From Candidatus Latescibacterota bacterium (GTDB lineage Bacteria; Latescibacterota; UBA2968; UBA8231), in assembly GCA_965248265.1 (NCBI GenBank), contig CBDFJF010000001.1:2976001-3040000 (forward strand): a stretch of 64,000 nt of DNA, read 5' to 3'. The notes under the pieces were generated by a model. The model did not search any database. It was not told the DNA's origin and worked only from the letters and a program-made list of their open reading frames with translations. Position 1 is the stretch's first letter. Every line of letters begins with the position of its first letter. A program made the translations under genes and the position numbers. This document shows, piece after piece, positions 1 through 10,427 of this stretch.

Positions 1-2
1 GA

Positions 3-1514
3 AGCGACTTCCTGGCCGACCAGGACGTGGTCGAGGTTTTTGTCAAGGAAGCTCGTGATGAGGCCTTTCAGCTGGAACATTGGGGATGTCCCTGGAGCCG
101 GGATGAAGATGGCCGGGTGAGTGTTCGGGCGTTCGGTGGTATGACGGTCAAGCGGACGCTCTACGCCTCCGACAAGACCGGGTTCCACATGCTCCATTCT
201 CTCTTTCAGACTTCGCTCAAGTACAGCCAAATTCACCGCTACGACGAGTGGTTCGTCGTTTCTCTCCTCGTCGACGAGGGAAGGGTGTGTGGCGTCGCCG
301 CTCTCAACCTGCACGAAGGTGGCATCCATGCCATCGCCGCCAAATCCGTGATCATGTGCACGGGCGGTGGCGGACGCATCTTCCCGTTCACGACGAACGC
401 GGCCATCAAGACCGGTGACGGCATGGCCATGGCCTACCGAGCCGGGTGTCCTCTCAAGGACATGGAGTTCGTGCAATACCATCCGACCGGTTTGCCCGGT
501 ACGGGTATCCTGATGACGGAAGCCTCGCGCGGTGAAGGGGGCTACCTAATCAATAGCGAGGGTGATCGCTACCTGAGCGAGTACGTCCCGGGAAAAATGG
601 AACTGGGCCCGCGCGACATTCTATCTCGCTCCTTCGTCCACGAAATGCGTGCTGGTAGGGTATTCGAGGGCAAGTACGGACATTACGTGCACCTGGATCT
701 GAGACATCTTGGGGAGTCCGTGATCGATGAGAAGCTGCCCTTCGTCCGCGAACTCACCCGCAATTACGTGGGCATTGACCCGGTGAATGAACCGATTCCC
801 GTACGCCCAGTCGTCCACTACATGATGGGCGGTGTCGACACGGACATAACGGGGAAGACGCCACTTGACGGACTGTACGCGGCAGGAGAAGTCGCCTGCG
901 TGAGTCTCAACGGGGCAAATCGCCTCGGTTCAAACTCTCTCACCGAGTGTCTCGTTTTTGGTGCTCGCGCCGGCGTGCACGCCGCTCGTGAAGCCTTGGA
1001 ACGAGAGCAACCCCTGATCAGCCCACTCGAACGGTTGGCCAGGGAAGAAGAGAAGCGCATCAACTCGCGCTTCGCTGGCTCCGAAAGCGATGACGGAGGG
1101 CGAGAAGGGGGAGAACGCATGGCCGATATCCGCAAGGATCTTCACGCCGCCATGGAGGAGGGAGCGGGCATTTACCGCACCGAGGAAAAGCTGACCATCG
1201 CCTGTGAACAGATAGCTGACCTGCGCGCGCGTTACGATCGCGTCCGCGTCGACGATCGCTCACGAGTCTTTAATACCGAGATAACGGCGGCCATGGAACT
1301 CGGATTCATGCTGGATGTGGCCGAAACGGTTGCCAACTCTGCCTTGAAACGGCAGGAGTCGAGGGGATCCCACTCACGCTCGGACTTCGAATCCAGAGAC
1401 GACGAGCGGTTCCTCCAACACAGCCTGGCCCATCATCAACAAGGGGCACCTCCCCGGATTGATTACCTGCCCGTGACCATTACCCGCTGGCAACCCGAGG
1501 AGAGGAAGTACTAG
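3..1514 (+). CDS. frdA: Fumarate reductase flavoprotein subunit (5'-truncated by the window edge)
   Basis: Frame open from base 3 (SDFLADQD). Contains [31 protein letters not shown] and ESRGSH motifs; followed by frdB/C/D-like genes. Confidence 0.93.
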   Translation, partial: SDFLADQDVVEVFVKEARDEAFQLEHWGCPWSRDEDGRVSVRAFGGMTVKRTLYASDKTGFHMLHSLFQTSLKYSQIHRYDEWFVVSLLVDEGRVCGVAALNLHEGGIHAIAAKSVIMCTGGGGRIFPFTTNAAIKTGDGMAMAYRAGCPLKDMEFVQYHPTGLPGTGILMTEASRGEGGYLINSEGDRYLSEYVPGKMELGPRDILSRSFVHEMRAGRVFEGKYGHYVHLDLRHLGESVIDEKLPFVRELTRNYVGIDPVNEPIPVRPVVHYMMGGVDTDITGKTPLDGLYAAGEVACVSLNGANRLGSNSLTECLVFGARAGVHAAREALEREQPLISPLERLAREEEKRINSRFAGSESDDGGREGGERMADIRKDLHAAMEEGAGIYRTEEKLTIACEQIADLRARYDRVRVDDRSRVFNTEITAAMELGFMLDVAETVANSALKRQESRGSHSRSDFESRDDERFLQHSLAHHQQGAPPRIDYLPVTITRWQPEERKY

Positions 1515-2263
1515 TGAGCGATCCCACCATCACGTTGTCGGTCACCCGGTACAGGCCGGAACAAGAAGATGAGCCGGTGTTTCAGGAATACGAGATTCCG
1601 TATCATGACGACTGGGTAGTGTTGGATGCTCTCAACCATGTGAAGGATTATGTCGACGGATCTGTTTCCTATCGCTGGTCGTGTCGCATGGGCGTTTGTG
1701 GCAGCTGTGGCGTAATGGTCAATGGCGAACCCAAGCTGACCTGCTCGACTTTTCTGCGCGACTACTATCCTGGCACTATCAGGGTCGAGCCACTGGACAA
1801 TTTTCCCGTCGTCCGTGATCTGGTCATCGAAATGGATGACTTCATGGAAAAGCTCACGGCCGTAAAGCCATGGATTATCCGAGATGAAGAAAAACCAGTC
1901 TCGGAGGGGGAATACCTGCAGTCGCCGGAAGAGCTCGCCGAGTACAAGCAATTCAGCATGTGCATCAACTGTACCCTGTGTTACGCTGCTTGTCCGGTGT
2001 ATGGCCTCGAAGATGGCTTTATCGGTCCTGCCGCCCTTGCCCTGGCCCATCGTTACAATCTGGACTCGCGCGACAAGGGCCAGGATGAGCGAGCCCACGT
2101 CATTGCTTCCAGCGAGGGTATCTGGGAATGTACCTTCGTGGGAGAGTGCTCGGTTGTGTGTCCGAAGGACGTCGATCCAGCGGCAGCCATTCAACGCACC
2201 AAACTCGCCACGACCAAGGGCTGGTTCAAGTCTCTAATCATGCCATGGGGAAAGGGCAAATGA
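1514..2263 (+). CDS. frdB: Fumarate reductase iron-sulfur subunit
   Basis: YRWSCRMGVCGSC, CINCTLCYAACP and CTFVGECSVVCPK Fe-S motifs of E. coli FrdB type. Confidence 0.93.
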   Translation: MSDPTITLSVTRYRPEQEDEPVFQEYEIPYHDDWVVLDALNHVKDYVDGSVSYRWSCRMGVCGSCGVMVNGEPKLTCSTFLRDYYPGTIRVEPLDNFPVVRDLVIEMDDFMEKLTAVKPWIIRDEEKPVSEGEYLQSPEELAEYKQFSMCINCTLCYAACPVYGLEDGFIGPAALALAHRYNLDSRDKGQDERAHVIASSEGIWECTFVGECSVVCPKDVDPAAAIQRTKLATTKGWFKSLIMPWGKGK

Positions 2264-2676
2264 ACCATCACTCCCACGTGGCACCCGAACGCAAGGTTTA
2301 TCGCAAGGAAATCAAATCAACCTGGTGGCTGAAGAAGAAGAGTTACTTCTTTTTCATGATGCGCGAGCTGACGAGCGTTTTTGTGGCGGCCTTCGTTCTG
2401 CTGTACGCGTACGAAATCTTCCTGCTTTCGAAGGGGCCTCAGGTCTACGATCTGTTTCAGGAGTCACTTCGTCGACCTGTGTTCCTCCTGTTCTATGCCG
2501 TGGCTTTTCTGTTTGCGCTGTTCCACACCTTTACGTGGTTCGGAGTTCTGTCGAAGGTGCAGGTCGTCCGCATCGGCAAATGGACGGCGCCTGCCGCCCT
2601 GGTAACCGGGTCGGCTCTGGCGGGTTGGGTGGTAGTTTCGATCGGCGTTGGCTGGTTTTTCCTGACGCCGCACTAA
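2260..2676 (+). CDS. frdC: Fumarate reductase membrane anchor subunit C
   Basis: ATGA overlap with frdB; YRKEIKSTWW..FMMRELTS and HTFTWF motifs; 3 TM segments. Confidence 0.88.
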   Translation: MNHHSHVAPERKVYRKEIKSTWWLKKKSYFFFMMRELTSVFVAAFVLLYAYEIFLLSKGPQVYDLFQESLRRPVFLLFYAVAFLFALFHTFTWFGVLSKVQVVRIGKWTAPAALVTGSALAGWVVVSIGVGWFFLTPH

Positions 2677-2700
2677 GAAACAAGGATCGAATTAGAAGAA

Positions 2701-3060
2701 ATGTATAAGAAAAACCGAACAGAGCCCTTCTGGTGGGGTATGTTCTCTGCTGGGGGCATGGTGGCGGCTTTGCTGGTGCCCATTCACATTTTGATCGATG
2801 GTCTCGTCGTTCCGTTGGGCCTCGTCGATCGTGAAGTTCTGGGATACGAGCGCATGAGCGAATTGCTTGCCCATCCCCTGTTCAAGCTCTACTTGTTCGT
2901 GCTGATTGTTCCTCCTTTGTACCACGCCGCTCACCGCGTCCGGTTCTCCCTGTACGAACTGGGTATGCGTGAGTTCCGCGTTTCCATGGATGTACTCTGT
3001 TACGGCGGCGCCGTAGCAGGCACCATCGGCGTTGCCTACCTCCTTTTGGAGGTTTTCTGA
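2701..3060 (+). CDS. frdD: Fumarate reductase membrane anchor subunit D
   Basis: EPFWWGMFSAGGM, YHAAHR and CYG motifs typical of FrdD. Confidence 0.9.
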   Translation: MYKKNRTEPFWWGMFSAGGMVAALLVPIHILIDGLVVPLGLVDREVLGYERMSELLAHPLFKLYLFVLIVPPLYHAAHRVRFSLYELGMREFRVSMDVLCYGGAVAGTIGVAYLLLEVF

Positions 3061-3072
3061 GGGAGTCGAATC

Positions 3073-3576
3073 GTGGATGGGTTCGAATTGAAGAAACTGT
3101 CGCCGGAGGCGATCCCGCGCTCTCTGGAACGCGTAAACCGTTATCGCCTGATGAACCAGCCTTCTGTCGCGGAGAGCGTGTGCCGCGACATTCTGGCCAT
3201 TGATCCCCAGAACCAGGAAGCAGTGACAGGACTGGTTTTGGCACTCACGGACCAGTTCAGCCGCAACCACGGGCCAGGGTTACAGGATGTTCTCGATTTG
3301 GTCGGGGAGTTGGCCGAAGAGTACGACTGCGCCTACTACACGGGCATGGCCTACGAGCGGCAGGCCAAAGCGCGATTGGCCAGGGAGTATCCAGGCGCCA
3401 AATTTGACGCTTACGACCTGTTGCATGACGCCATGGGCTGGTACGAGAAAGCGGACGAGTTGCGTGCAACCGGCAACGAAGACGCGCGGCTACACTGGAA
3501 CACCTGTGTGCGGGTGATAGAAGCAGAAGATCTCCGGCCTCGTCCCATGGACGATACCGAGCCCGCCCATGATTAG
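3073..3576 (+). CDS. Hypothetical all-helical (TPR-like) protein
   Basis: 167-aa ORF with a GGGAG RBS, 12 nt after frdD; codon usage looks gene-like. Confidence 0.75.
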   Translation: MDGFELKKLSPEAIPRSLERVNRYRLMNQPSVAESVCRDILAIDPQNQEAVTGLVLALTDQFSRNHGPGLQDVLDLVGELAEEYDCAYYTGMAYERQAKARLAREYPGAKFDAYDLLHDAMGWYEKADELRATGNEDARLHWNTCVRVIEAEDLRPRPMDDTEPAHD

Positions 3577-3677
3577 ATTAACCCCAGCCACGTAGATCAA
3601 CCCCCCAAGAGCCCAGCCAGGCTAATCCGCGAGCAGGTCGTTCCTCGCAGGGTCGGGCCGGTTGGTCTCGACAGCGC

Positions 3678-4451
3678 CTATTCCTGTGTGATCAGTGGAC
3701 TGAAACCGGTGCGAGATACCATGCAGCGGATGAACTCGCGGTTCAAAAAAGAGATGTTGGCGACAGAGATCTCTTTCGGGCACACGGCCTCACACTCGTA
3801 CTCGTTGGTGCAGTTGCCGAACCCTTCACTCTGCATCGCCTGCAGCATGGCGGAGGTACGTTCGCGACGCTCGGGTTGACCCTGGGGTAGGATGTTGAGG
3901 TGTTTGACCTTCGCCGCCACGAACAACATGGCAGAGGCATTCTTGCAGGAAGCAACGCAGGCGCCGCAGCCAATGCAGGCGGCCGAATCCATGGCTTCTT
4001 CGGTTCTGTCTTGTGATATCAGGATGGAATTGCCATCCGGCGCTGACCCCGTATTAATGGAAGTATAGCCGCCGGCTTGAATCATGCGATCAAACGCGGA
4101 GCGGTCGACGCACAGATCCTTGATAACGGGGAAGGCCTGAGCCCTCCACGGCTCTACGTAAATCGAATCACCGTCCTTAAAATCCCGCATGTACAACTGG
4201 CACGTAGTCGTTCCTTTGCCCGGGCCATGAGCGACGCCGTTGATGACGAGCCCACACATGCCGCAAATGCCCTCGCGGCAGTCGCTGTCGAAGGCAATCG
4301 GCTCCTCTCCCTTGCGCATCAGCTCTTCGTTGAGGACGTCGAGCATCTCCAGAAAGGACATTTCCGGAACGACTCTCGTAACCTCATAGGTCGCAAAGGC
4401 GCCCTTCTCCGAGGCGTTCGACTGACGCCACACCTTGAGGGTGACACTCAT
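3678..4451 (-). CDS. sdhB: Succinate dehydrogenase iron-sulfur subunit (Bacillus/Bacteroides type)
   Basis: Start at [10 protein letters not shown]; [21 protein letters not shown] and [12 protein letters not shown] motifs. Confidence 0.93.
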   Translation of the reverse strand: MSVTLKVWRQSNASEKGAFATYEVTRVVPEMSFLEMLDVLNEELMRKGEEPIAFDSDCREGICGMCGLVINGVAHGPGKGTTTCQLYMRDFKDGDSIYVEPWRAQAFPVIKDLCVDRSAFDRMIQAGGYTSINTGSAPDGNSILISQDRTEEAMDSAACIGCGACVASCKNASAMLFVAAKVKHLNILPQGQPERRERTSAMLQAMQSEGFGNCTNEYECEAVCPKEISVANISFLNREFIRCMVSRTGFSPLITQE

Positions 4452-4492
4452 GGTCCGTTGACGGCGTTCGGATGCCGCTGTGCCTTGTGTGC

Positions 4493-6403
4493 TCACTTGT
4501 AGCTCCTCTGAGCCAGGCTGACGTTCTCGAATTCGAGGGGCTCCTTGTGCTCTATGGCGGTACCCTCGCCAGCAAACTCCCAGGCCGCCACGTGGGCAAA
4601 GTTCACATCGTCGCGCAAGGCTTCGGCTTCCTCCGTCTGATGCTCCTCGCGGAAGTGTCCTCCGCATGACTCGTCCCTGGCCAGCGCGTCGTCGATCATG
4701 GTTTCGGCGAATTCCATGAAGTCGGATACGCGTCCGGCTCTTTCCAACACCTGGTTGAACTCCCCGTCGGATCCGGTGACCGTCACATCCTGCCAGAACT
4801 CCTCCCGGATCTGAGCAACACGATCCTTGGCTTGCATCAGGCCTGACTCATTGCGAGCCATGCCGCACTGGTCCCACATTAACAACCCCAACTCGCGGTG
4901 AAAATCGTCCACGGTGCGGCGGCCACTCACGGCGAGCAGGCGATCGATGCGGGCGGCGGCAGTCCCCTCGGCTTCCCTGAAGGCATCCGAATCCGTGGTC
5001 ACTCCTCCAAGTCTGGCGGCTGCGAGGTAGCCACCCAGCGTGTAGGGGATGACGAAATACCCGTCCGCCAGGCCCTGCATCAACGCCGATGCTCCCAGCC
5101 GGTTGGCGCCGTGATCGGAGAAATTGGCTTCGCCCAGTACGAACAGTCCGGGCAGGTTGCTCATTAGATTGTAGTCGACCCACAACCCGCCCATCGTATA
5201 GTGGACGGCCGGATAGATCCGCATCGGACGCTGGTACGGATCTTCCGCTGTGATTTCCTTGTACATGTCGAACAGATTGCCGTACTTCTGACGAATCACA
5301 TCGCTTCCGTCGCGCTCGATGGCCGAAGCAAAATCCAGGTACACGGAGCGTCCGCTACCACCGACCCCACGGCCTTCGTCGCACACGGCCTTGGCGGCCC
5401 TGGAGGCCACATCGCGAGGTACCAGGTTGCCGAAACTCGGATAGCGTCGCTCCAGGTAGTAGTCTCTCTCGGACTCCGGAATTTCACCGGGACGCCGCTG
5501 ATCTCCCCCCTGCTTTGGCACCCACACGCGGCCGTCATTGCGCAGGCTCTCACTCATCAGGGTCAGTTTCGCCTGATAGCCGCCGGAGACGGGAATGCAA
5601 GTGGGGTGAATCTGGGTGTAGCAGGGATTGGCGAAGTAAGCTCCTCGCTTATGGGCTCGCCATGTGGCCGTTACGTTCGACGCCTTCGCATTCGTTGACA
5701 GGTAGAACACATTGCCGTAACCGCCGGTCGCCAGCAGCACGGCGTCAGCCGACCAGGACTTGAGCTCTCCGGTAACCAGATCGCGAGTGACGATTCCCCT
5801 TGCGTGCCCGTCGACGACGACGACATCCAACATCTCGTGGCGCGGAAAAAGGCGGACCTTTCCAGCTTCCACTTGCCGCATGAGTGCCCCGTAGGCACCC
5901 AACAGCAACTGTTGGCCAGTCTGTCCGCGTGCGTAAAACGTGCGAGAAACCTGCGCCCCGCCGAACGATCGATTGGCGAGGACACCGCCGTACTCGCGGG
6001 CGAAGGGCACACCCTGAGCTACACATTGATCGATGATGTGGGTTGAAATCTGGGCCAACCGGTAAACATTGGCTTCACGAGCCCTGTAATCACCGCCCTT
6101 GATCGTGTCATAAAACAGGCGAAAGATGCTGTCACCATCATTCTGGTAGTTTTTGGCCGCATTGATGCCGCCCTGAGCCGCGATACTGTGTGCGCGACGC
6201 GGGCTGTCCTGCATGCAGAAGGACAACACATTGTAGCCAAGCTCACCCAGGGTAGCCGCGGCCGACGCCCCGGCCAGTCCGGTGCCGACGACGATGATGT
6301 CGTGTCGACGCTTGTTGGCCGGGTTGACGAGCTTGAGCTCGAACTGGTGACGCTCCCATTTCTCGGCAAGCGGGCCACCGGGGACGTGTGAATCCAGAGG
6401 CAT
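4493..6403 (-). CDS. sdhA: Succinate dehydrogenase flavoprotein subunit
   Basis: GTGLAG FAD-binding loop; [26 protein letters not shown] and ESCGGHFR motifs. Confidence 0.94.
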   Translation of the reverse strand: MPLDSHVPGGPLAEKWERHQFELKLVNPANKRRHDIIVVGTGLAGASAAATLGELGYNVLSFCMQDSPRRAHSIAAQGGINAAKNYQNDGDSIFRLFYDTIKGGDYRAREANVYRLAQISTHIIDQCVAQGVPFAREYGGVLANRSFGGAQVSRTFYARGQTGQQLLLGAYGALMRQVEAGKVRLFPRHEMLDVVVVDGHARGIVTRDLVTGELKSWSADAVLLATGGYGNVFYLSTNAKASNVTATWRAHKRGAYFANPCYTQIHPTCIPVSGGYQAKLTLMSESLRNDGRVWVPKQGGDQRRPGEIPESERDYYLERRYPSFGNLVPRDVASRAAKAVCDEGRGVGGSGRSVYLDFASAIERDGSDVIRQKYGNLFDMYKEITAEDPYQRPMRIYPAVHYTMGGLWVDYNLMSNLPGLFVLGEANFSDHGANRLGASALMQGLADGYFVIPYTLGGYLAAARLGGVTTDSDAFREAEGTAAARIDRLLAVSGRRTVDDFHRELGLLMWDQCGMARNESGLMQAKDRVAQIREEFWQDVTVTGSDGEFNQVLERAGRVSDFMEFAETMIDDALARDESCGGHFREEHQTEEAEALRDDVNFAHVAAWEFAGEGTAIEHKEPLEFENVSLAQRSYK

Positions 6404-6435
6404 GGCTATCTCAACTCACCAATCATTATCTCAAA

Positions 6436-7077
6436 TCACTGACTAACAAATTGGGCCAGGAAGATCCAGGCAGGGATAACGGCAAAACCACCCGAGACGA
6501 TTACGCACAAAATGATGCTTACCGCTTTCAGTTTGGGTTTGGCATAAAGTCCCAAGGTCTGAAAAGCGCTGCGGAAGGCATGCCACAAATGGAATCCCAG
6601 CAACAGCATGGCGGCTACATACCAGGCAGCGTAGAGGCGATCGCGAAAGGTCTCGACGACGAGATCGTACAGACTGCCATCACCGAGTTCACCGTATTTG
6701 AATGTCTTCAGATGCAGGACCACGAACACGAGGATCAGAGACCCCGTCCAGATCATGGTCCGCGAGGCCCAACTGCGGCCACCGACGGCTGTAGTAACCT
6801 GGTAGCCGACCGGACGGGCGCGGCGATTATCCCGTTCGACACTGACGGCGAAGTATATGTGGAGGACGAAGATGGCCAGCAGTCCAAATTCAACCGGTAC
6901 CAGCAGGGGGTGATTCACCAAGAAATCGGAGTAGGCGTTGAAGGTCGCGCCACCGTCTTTACGTAAAAGCAGCAAGTTGCCACTCAAATGGCCCAGTAGA
7001 AAACCGTATAGCGCCAGCCCCGTGACGGCCATCGCCAGTTTCTTGCCGATAGAAGATGTAATGTAGGACTCAGCCAT
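6436..7077 (-). CDS. sdhC: Succinate dehydrogenase cytochrome b558 subunit
   Basis: SSIGKK..MAVTG start, five TM helices with heme-ligand His residues, HAFRSAFQTLG. Confidence 0.92.
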   Translation of the reverse strand: MAESYITSSIGKKLAMAVTGLALYGFLLGHLSGNLLLLRKDGGATFNAYSDFLVNHPLLVPVEFGLLAIFVLHIYFAVSVERDNRRARPVGYQVTTAVGGRSWASRTMIWTGSLILVFVVLHLKTFKYGELGDGSLYDLVVETFRDRLYAAWYVAAMLLLGFHLWHAFRSAFQTLGLYAKPKLKAVSIILCVIVSGGFAVIPAWIFLAQFVSQ

Positions 7078-7139
7078 GAGTGGTATGTGCTATTTATTAG
7101 CGATTATGAGCCAGCACTTGGCAGCTTAGAAGTGCGGCA

Positions 7140-7169
7140 AATATAGGACACCGCTTCAGGCGGGCGCAA
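7140..7169 (-). promoter_or_regulatory. Putative sigma70 promoter for sdhCAB
   Basis: Minus strand TTGCGC-N18-TATATT. Confidence 0.4.
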
Positions 7170-7211
7170 TCATTGCTTTGGTACGTCGAGCCATCGCCAA
7201 TCACGGTTATC

Positions 7212-7240
7212 TTGCCCACAGACTACCCTTTTCGTACCGT
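7212..7240 (+). promoter_or_regulatory. Putative sigma70 promoter for sucCD
   Basis: TTGCCC-N17-TACCGT. Confidence 0.35.
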
Positions 7241-7336
7241 TCACGCACCCTTGAGGTTTGCCGCACGTGCCTCTGGGCCAGTCGGATGCAAGATGTTAGC
7301 ACGCAGCGAACGCGAACGGAGAAACAACACTATATC

Positions 7337-8497
7337 ATGAAGATCCACGAGTTTCAAGCGAAGGAGCTGCTCCGCCGATTCGGCGTGTCCGTGCCTAAAG
7401 GCGAGGTGGCCCAGACCCCAGAGCGTGCGGAGGAAATCGCACGTGACCTAGGCAGCCGGGTCATCGTCAAGGCACAGATCCACGCTGGGGGGCGAGGTAA
7501 GGGAGGTGGTGTCAAGCTGGCAGAAACTCCGGCGGAGGCCCGCGAAGCAGCATCCGATATCCTGGGGATGCAGCTGGTGACTCATCAAACCGGACCTCAG
7601 GGGCAGCACGTCAAGCAGGTACTGGTGGAAGCCGCCAGCAACATCGAGCGCGAACTATATCTGGGTATGACCCTGGACCGCGCCAGCAGTACCGTCGTCG
7701 TCATGGGCAGTTCAGAAGGCGGTGTCGAGATAGAAGAGGTTGCTGCCCGCTCTCCGGAGAAAATTCTCAAGGAGCAGGTCGATCCGGCCACCGGGCTCTT
7801 GTCGTTCCAAGCAAGTCGCATGGCACTCGGATTGGGTCTGAGCGGGACCACAGCTCGGCAGGGCGCGAAGTTCATCCTCTCTCTGTACGAGGCCTACAAT
7901 CGCGCGGACTGCTCGCTGGCGGAGATCAATCCGCTCGTGGTTACGGACGAAGGCGAAGTCCTCGCGGTCGATGCCAAGATCAACTTCGACGACAACGCCC
8001 TGTTCAAGCATGACGATCTGGCTCAATGGCGCGACCTCGACGAGGAAGATGCACTGGAAGTCGAGGCTTCCAAGTACGATCTCAACTACATAAAACTGGA
8101 TGGCAACATCGGCTGCATGGTCAATGGCGCCGGCCTAGCCATGGCCACGATGGACATCATCAAACTCACGGGCGCCGAGCCGGCCAACTTTCTGGATGTA
8201 GGCGGCGGTGCGAGCGCGGAAACGGTCGAAAACGGTTTCCGGATTCTGCTTTCGGACCCTAATGTGAAAGCCATTCTGATCAACATCTTCGGCGGTATCG
8301 TTCGCTGTGACAGAGTCGCTGAGGGGGTGATCCAGGCGCGCCAGAACATCGATGTGTCAGTGCCAATCGTCGTTCGCCTGGCGGGTACAAACGCCGATGT
8401 GGCAGCCAAGATTCTGGAGGAATCCGATCTCGATTTCGCAGTCGGTCACGGTCTCAAGGACGCGGCGTCTCTGGTCGTTGAAGCTTTGAAGGGTTGA
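7337..8497 (+). CDS. sucC: Succinyl-CoA synthetase beta subunit
   Basis: MKIHEFQAK start; KAQIHAGGRGKGGGV, GCMVNGAGLAMATMD and NIFGGIVRCD motifs. Confidence 0.96.
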   Translation: MKIHEFQAKELLRRFGVSVPKGEVAQTPERAEEIARDLGSRVIVKAQIHAGGRGKGGGVKLAETPAEAREAASDILGMQLVTHQTGPQGQHVKQVLVEAASNIERELYLGMTLDRASSTVVVMGSSEGGVEIEEVAARSPEKILKEQVDPATGLLSFQASRMALGLGLSGTTARQGAKFILSLYEAYNRADCSLAEINPLVVTDEGEVLAVDAKINFDDNALFKHDDLAQWRDLDEEDALEVEASKYDLNYIKLDGNIGCMVNGAGLAMATMDIIKLTGAEPANFLDVGGGASAETVENGFRILLSDPNVKAILINIFGGIVRCDRVAEGVIQARQNIDVSVPIVVRLAGTNADVAAKILEESDLDFAVGHGLKDAASLVVEALKG

Positions 8498-8570
8498 ACA
8501 GACTTCCGTTCAACCCTTCAAAGCTTGCGGAGTTTCACCGTGGGCTCAAACTGCGAGCCCTCGGTGAAAC
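8481..8570. repeat. Two adjacent long inverted repeats between sucC and sucD
   Basis: Perfect 19-bp arms at 8481-8499/8508-8526; 16-bp arms with one mismatch at 8532-8547/8555-8570. Confidence 0.85.
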
Positions 8571-8634
8571 GTCCTGAAGCACACACACCGTTTCGTGGTA
8601 ACTCTGGCAGTTACTGATTAAGAAAGCGCGAAAG

Positions 8635-9507
8635 ATGACTATTCTGGTTGATGATAACACGCGGGTTGTGGTGCAGGGGATTACTGGGGGAGAGGGGTCG
8701 TTTCATACTCGGCAGATGGTGGAGTACGGGACGAATGTGGTGGCTGGGGTGACGCCCGGAAAGGGGGGGCAGGACTTTGAGGGGATTCCCGTGTACGACA
8801 CCGTGTCGGCGGCTGTTGAGCAGACGGGGGCTGATGTATCGGTAATCTTTGTGCCGCCTCCGTTCGCCGGTGATGCCATCATGGAATCGGCGGAGGCCGG
8901 GATCGGTCTTGTCGTCTGCATCACCGAGGGGATTCCGGTAACGGACATGGTGCGAGCCTACCAGTATATCGGACAACGCTCTACCCGCCTGATCGGGCCC
9001 AACTGTCCCGGCATCATCTCTCCGGGCAAGTGCAAGATCGGCATCATGCCCGGCTTCATTCACAAACCCGGGTCTGTCGGTGTGATTTCGCGCAGTGGAA
9101 CGCTCACCTATGAGGCGGTCGGACAACTCACCGAGCGCGGCCTGGGGCAATCGACCTGTATCGGTATCGGCGGTGATCCGGTAATCGGTACCCGTTTTCT
9201 CGATGCCTTCAAGTTGTTCGCACAGGATGATGGCACCGAGGCCGTCGTCATGATCGGAGAGATTGGCGGCACCGCTGAAGAGGAGGCGGCCGAGTACATC
9301 GCCTCCACTTCATTCGACAAACCAGTCGTCGGTTTCATCGCCGGCCGCACCGCGCCTCCGGGCCGTCGCATGGGTCACGCGGGAGCCATCGTTGCCGGTG
9401 GTAAGGGCACGGCCGAAGAGAAAATGAAATCGATGACGGCAGCCGGAATCCACGTGTGTGAATCTCCCGCCGACATCGGAGCGACTGTCGAGGGTCTCCT
9501 TAGATAG
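8635..9507 (+). CDS. sucD: Succinyl-CoA synthetase alpha subunit
   Basis: [21 protein letters not shown] and RMGHAGA (phospho-His) motifs. Confidence 0.96.
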   Translation: MTILVDDNTRVVVQGITGGEGSFHTRQMVEYGTNVVAGVTPGKGGQDFEGIPVYDTVSAAVEQTGADVSVIFVPPPFAGDAIMESAEAGIGLVVCITEGIPVTDMVRAYQYIGQRSTRLIGPNCPGIISPGKCKIGIMPGFIHKPGSVGVISRSGTLTYEAVGQLTERGLGQSTCIGIGGDPVIGTRFLDAFKLFAQDDGTEAVVMIGEIGGTAEEEAAEYIASTSFDKPVVGFIAGRTAPPGRRMGHAGAIVAGGKGTAEEKMKSMTAAGIHVCESPADIGATVEGLLR

Positions 9508-9573
9508 ACCGATCGATATTGGCGCTACTGTCGAAGCCTGCTCGCCCAGAGCCGGCTTCGCTGCTGGAGCGAC

Positions 9574-10377
9574 TCAGCCACCGTCCATCCTCAACAACGG
9601 CATGACAGGATGTTGCCGGTGAACGATCCGCAATCCCGACCACAGAAGGACCACGGCACCAAGCAACAGGGCCAGCGGCAGATGATCCGAGGCTGCCAAC
9701 ACGTCCTGTCCCGTGTGCGCTCGCAGATTGACGCCCAGTACGGACAGACCATTGGTCACCATGTGCGCGACGATAGCGGGGTAGATGCTGTGAGTCACGT
9801 AAACGAGAACCCCCAGGAAGATGCCCAGTAGAACCAGAGCGGGAAACTGCCAGGGGTTGAAGTGGATGGCGGCGAAAAGGAACGCGGTACCCAGAATGGC
9901 CGCCGCGGCCCCGTAGCGCGACGCCAGGGCCGTGAACACGAAACCGCGAAAAAACACCTCCTCGCACACCGCTGGAGCCAGGACCAGGGTAGCGAACACG
10001 ATCAACGCATCGCTCACATTGTCTACCAGCTGAATGCCGATCACGTACCGTTGCTGGCCGACCGGAAGGCTGGAATGCAGGCTCGAGAACAGCTCGCTGA
10101 CATACACGTCGAGTTCAGCCACCAACAAGGCAGCCCCAATAGCAGCGAACAGACTCGCCAGGATCGTGCTGACTGATGTGGCGTTCAGCAACAGGACGTC
10201 TTCGGTTGAAAATCGCGACCGTCCGAGAAACACAGCCAGGAGCAGAACCAGGGTGAGTTCGGTAACAATCAGAGCAAGGCGCTCGGGATAAGAAAATCCG
10301 AGGCTGCCCAGCACGACCTGCACGACGACAAACAAAAACGACAGAAACAGGGCATGACGGGGCGAGGGATACGTCAT
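9574..10377 (-). CDS. CPBP (CAAX/Abi) family intramembrane metalloprotease
   Basis: EEVFFRG, FAAIH and HMVTN motifs; multi-TM. Confidence 0.88.
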   Translation of the reverse strand: MTYPSPRHALFLSFLFVVVQVVLGSLGFSYPERLALIVTELTLVLLLAVFLGRSRFSTEDVLLLNATSVSTILASLFAAIGAALLVAELDVYVSELFSSLHSSLPVGQQRYVIGIQLVDNVSDALIVFATLVLAPAVCEEVFFRGFVFTALASRYGAAAAILGTAFLFAAIHFNPWQFPALVLLGIFLGVLVYVTHSIYPAIVAHMVTNGLSVLGVNLRAHTGQDVLAASDHLPLALLLGAVVLLWSGLRIVHRQHPVMPLLRMDGG

Positions 10378-10427
10378 GGCGAGTGACGCCGGAAGGGGCG
10401 GGCGCCGGAAACGGTGGATGCCGGGGT

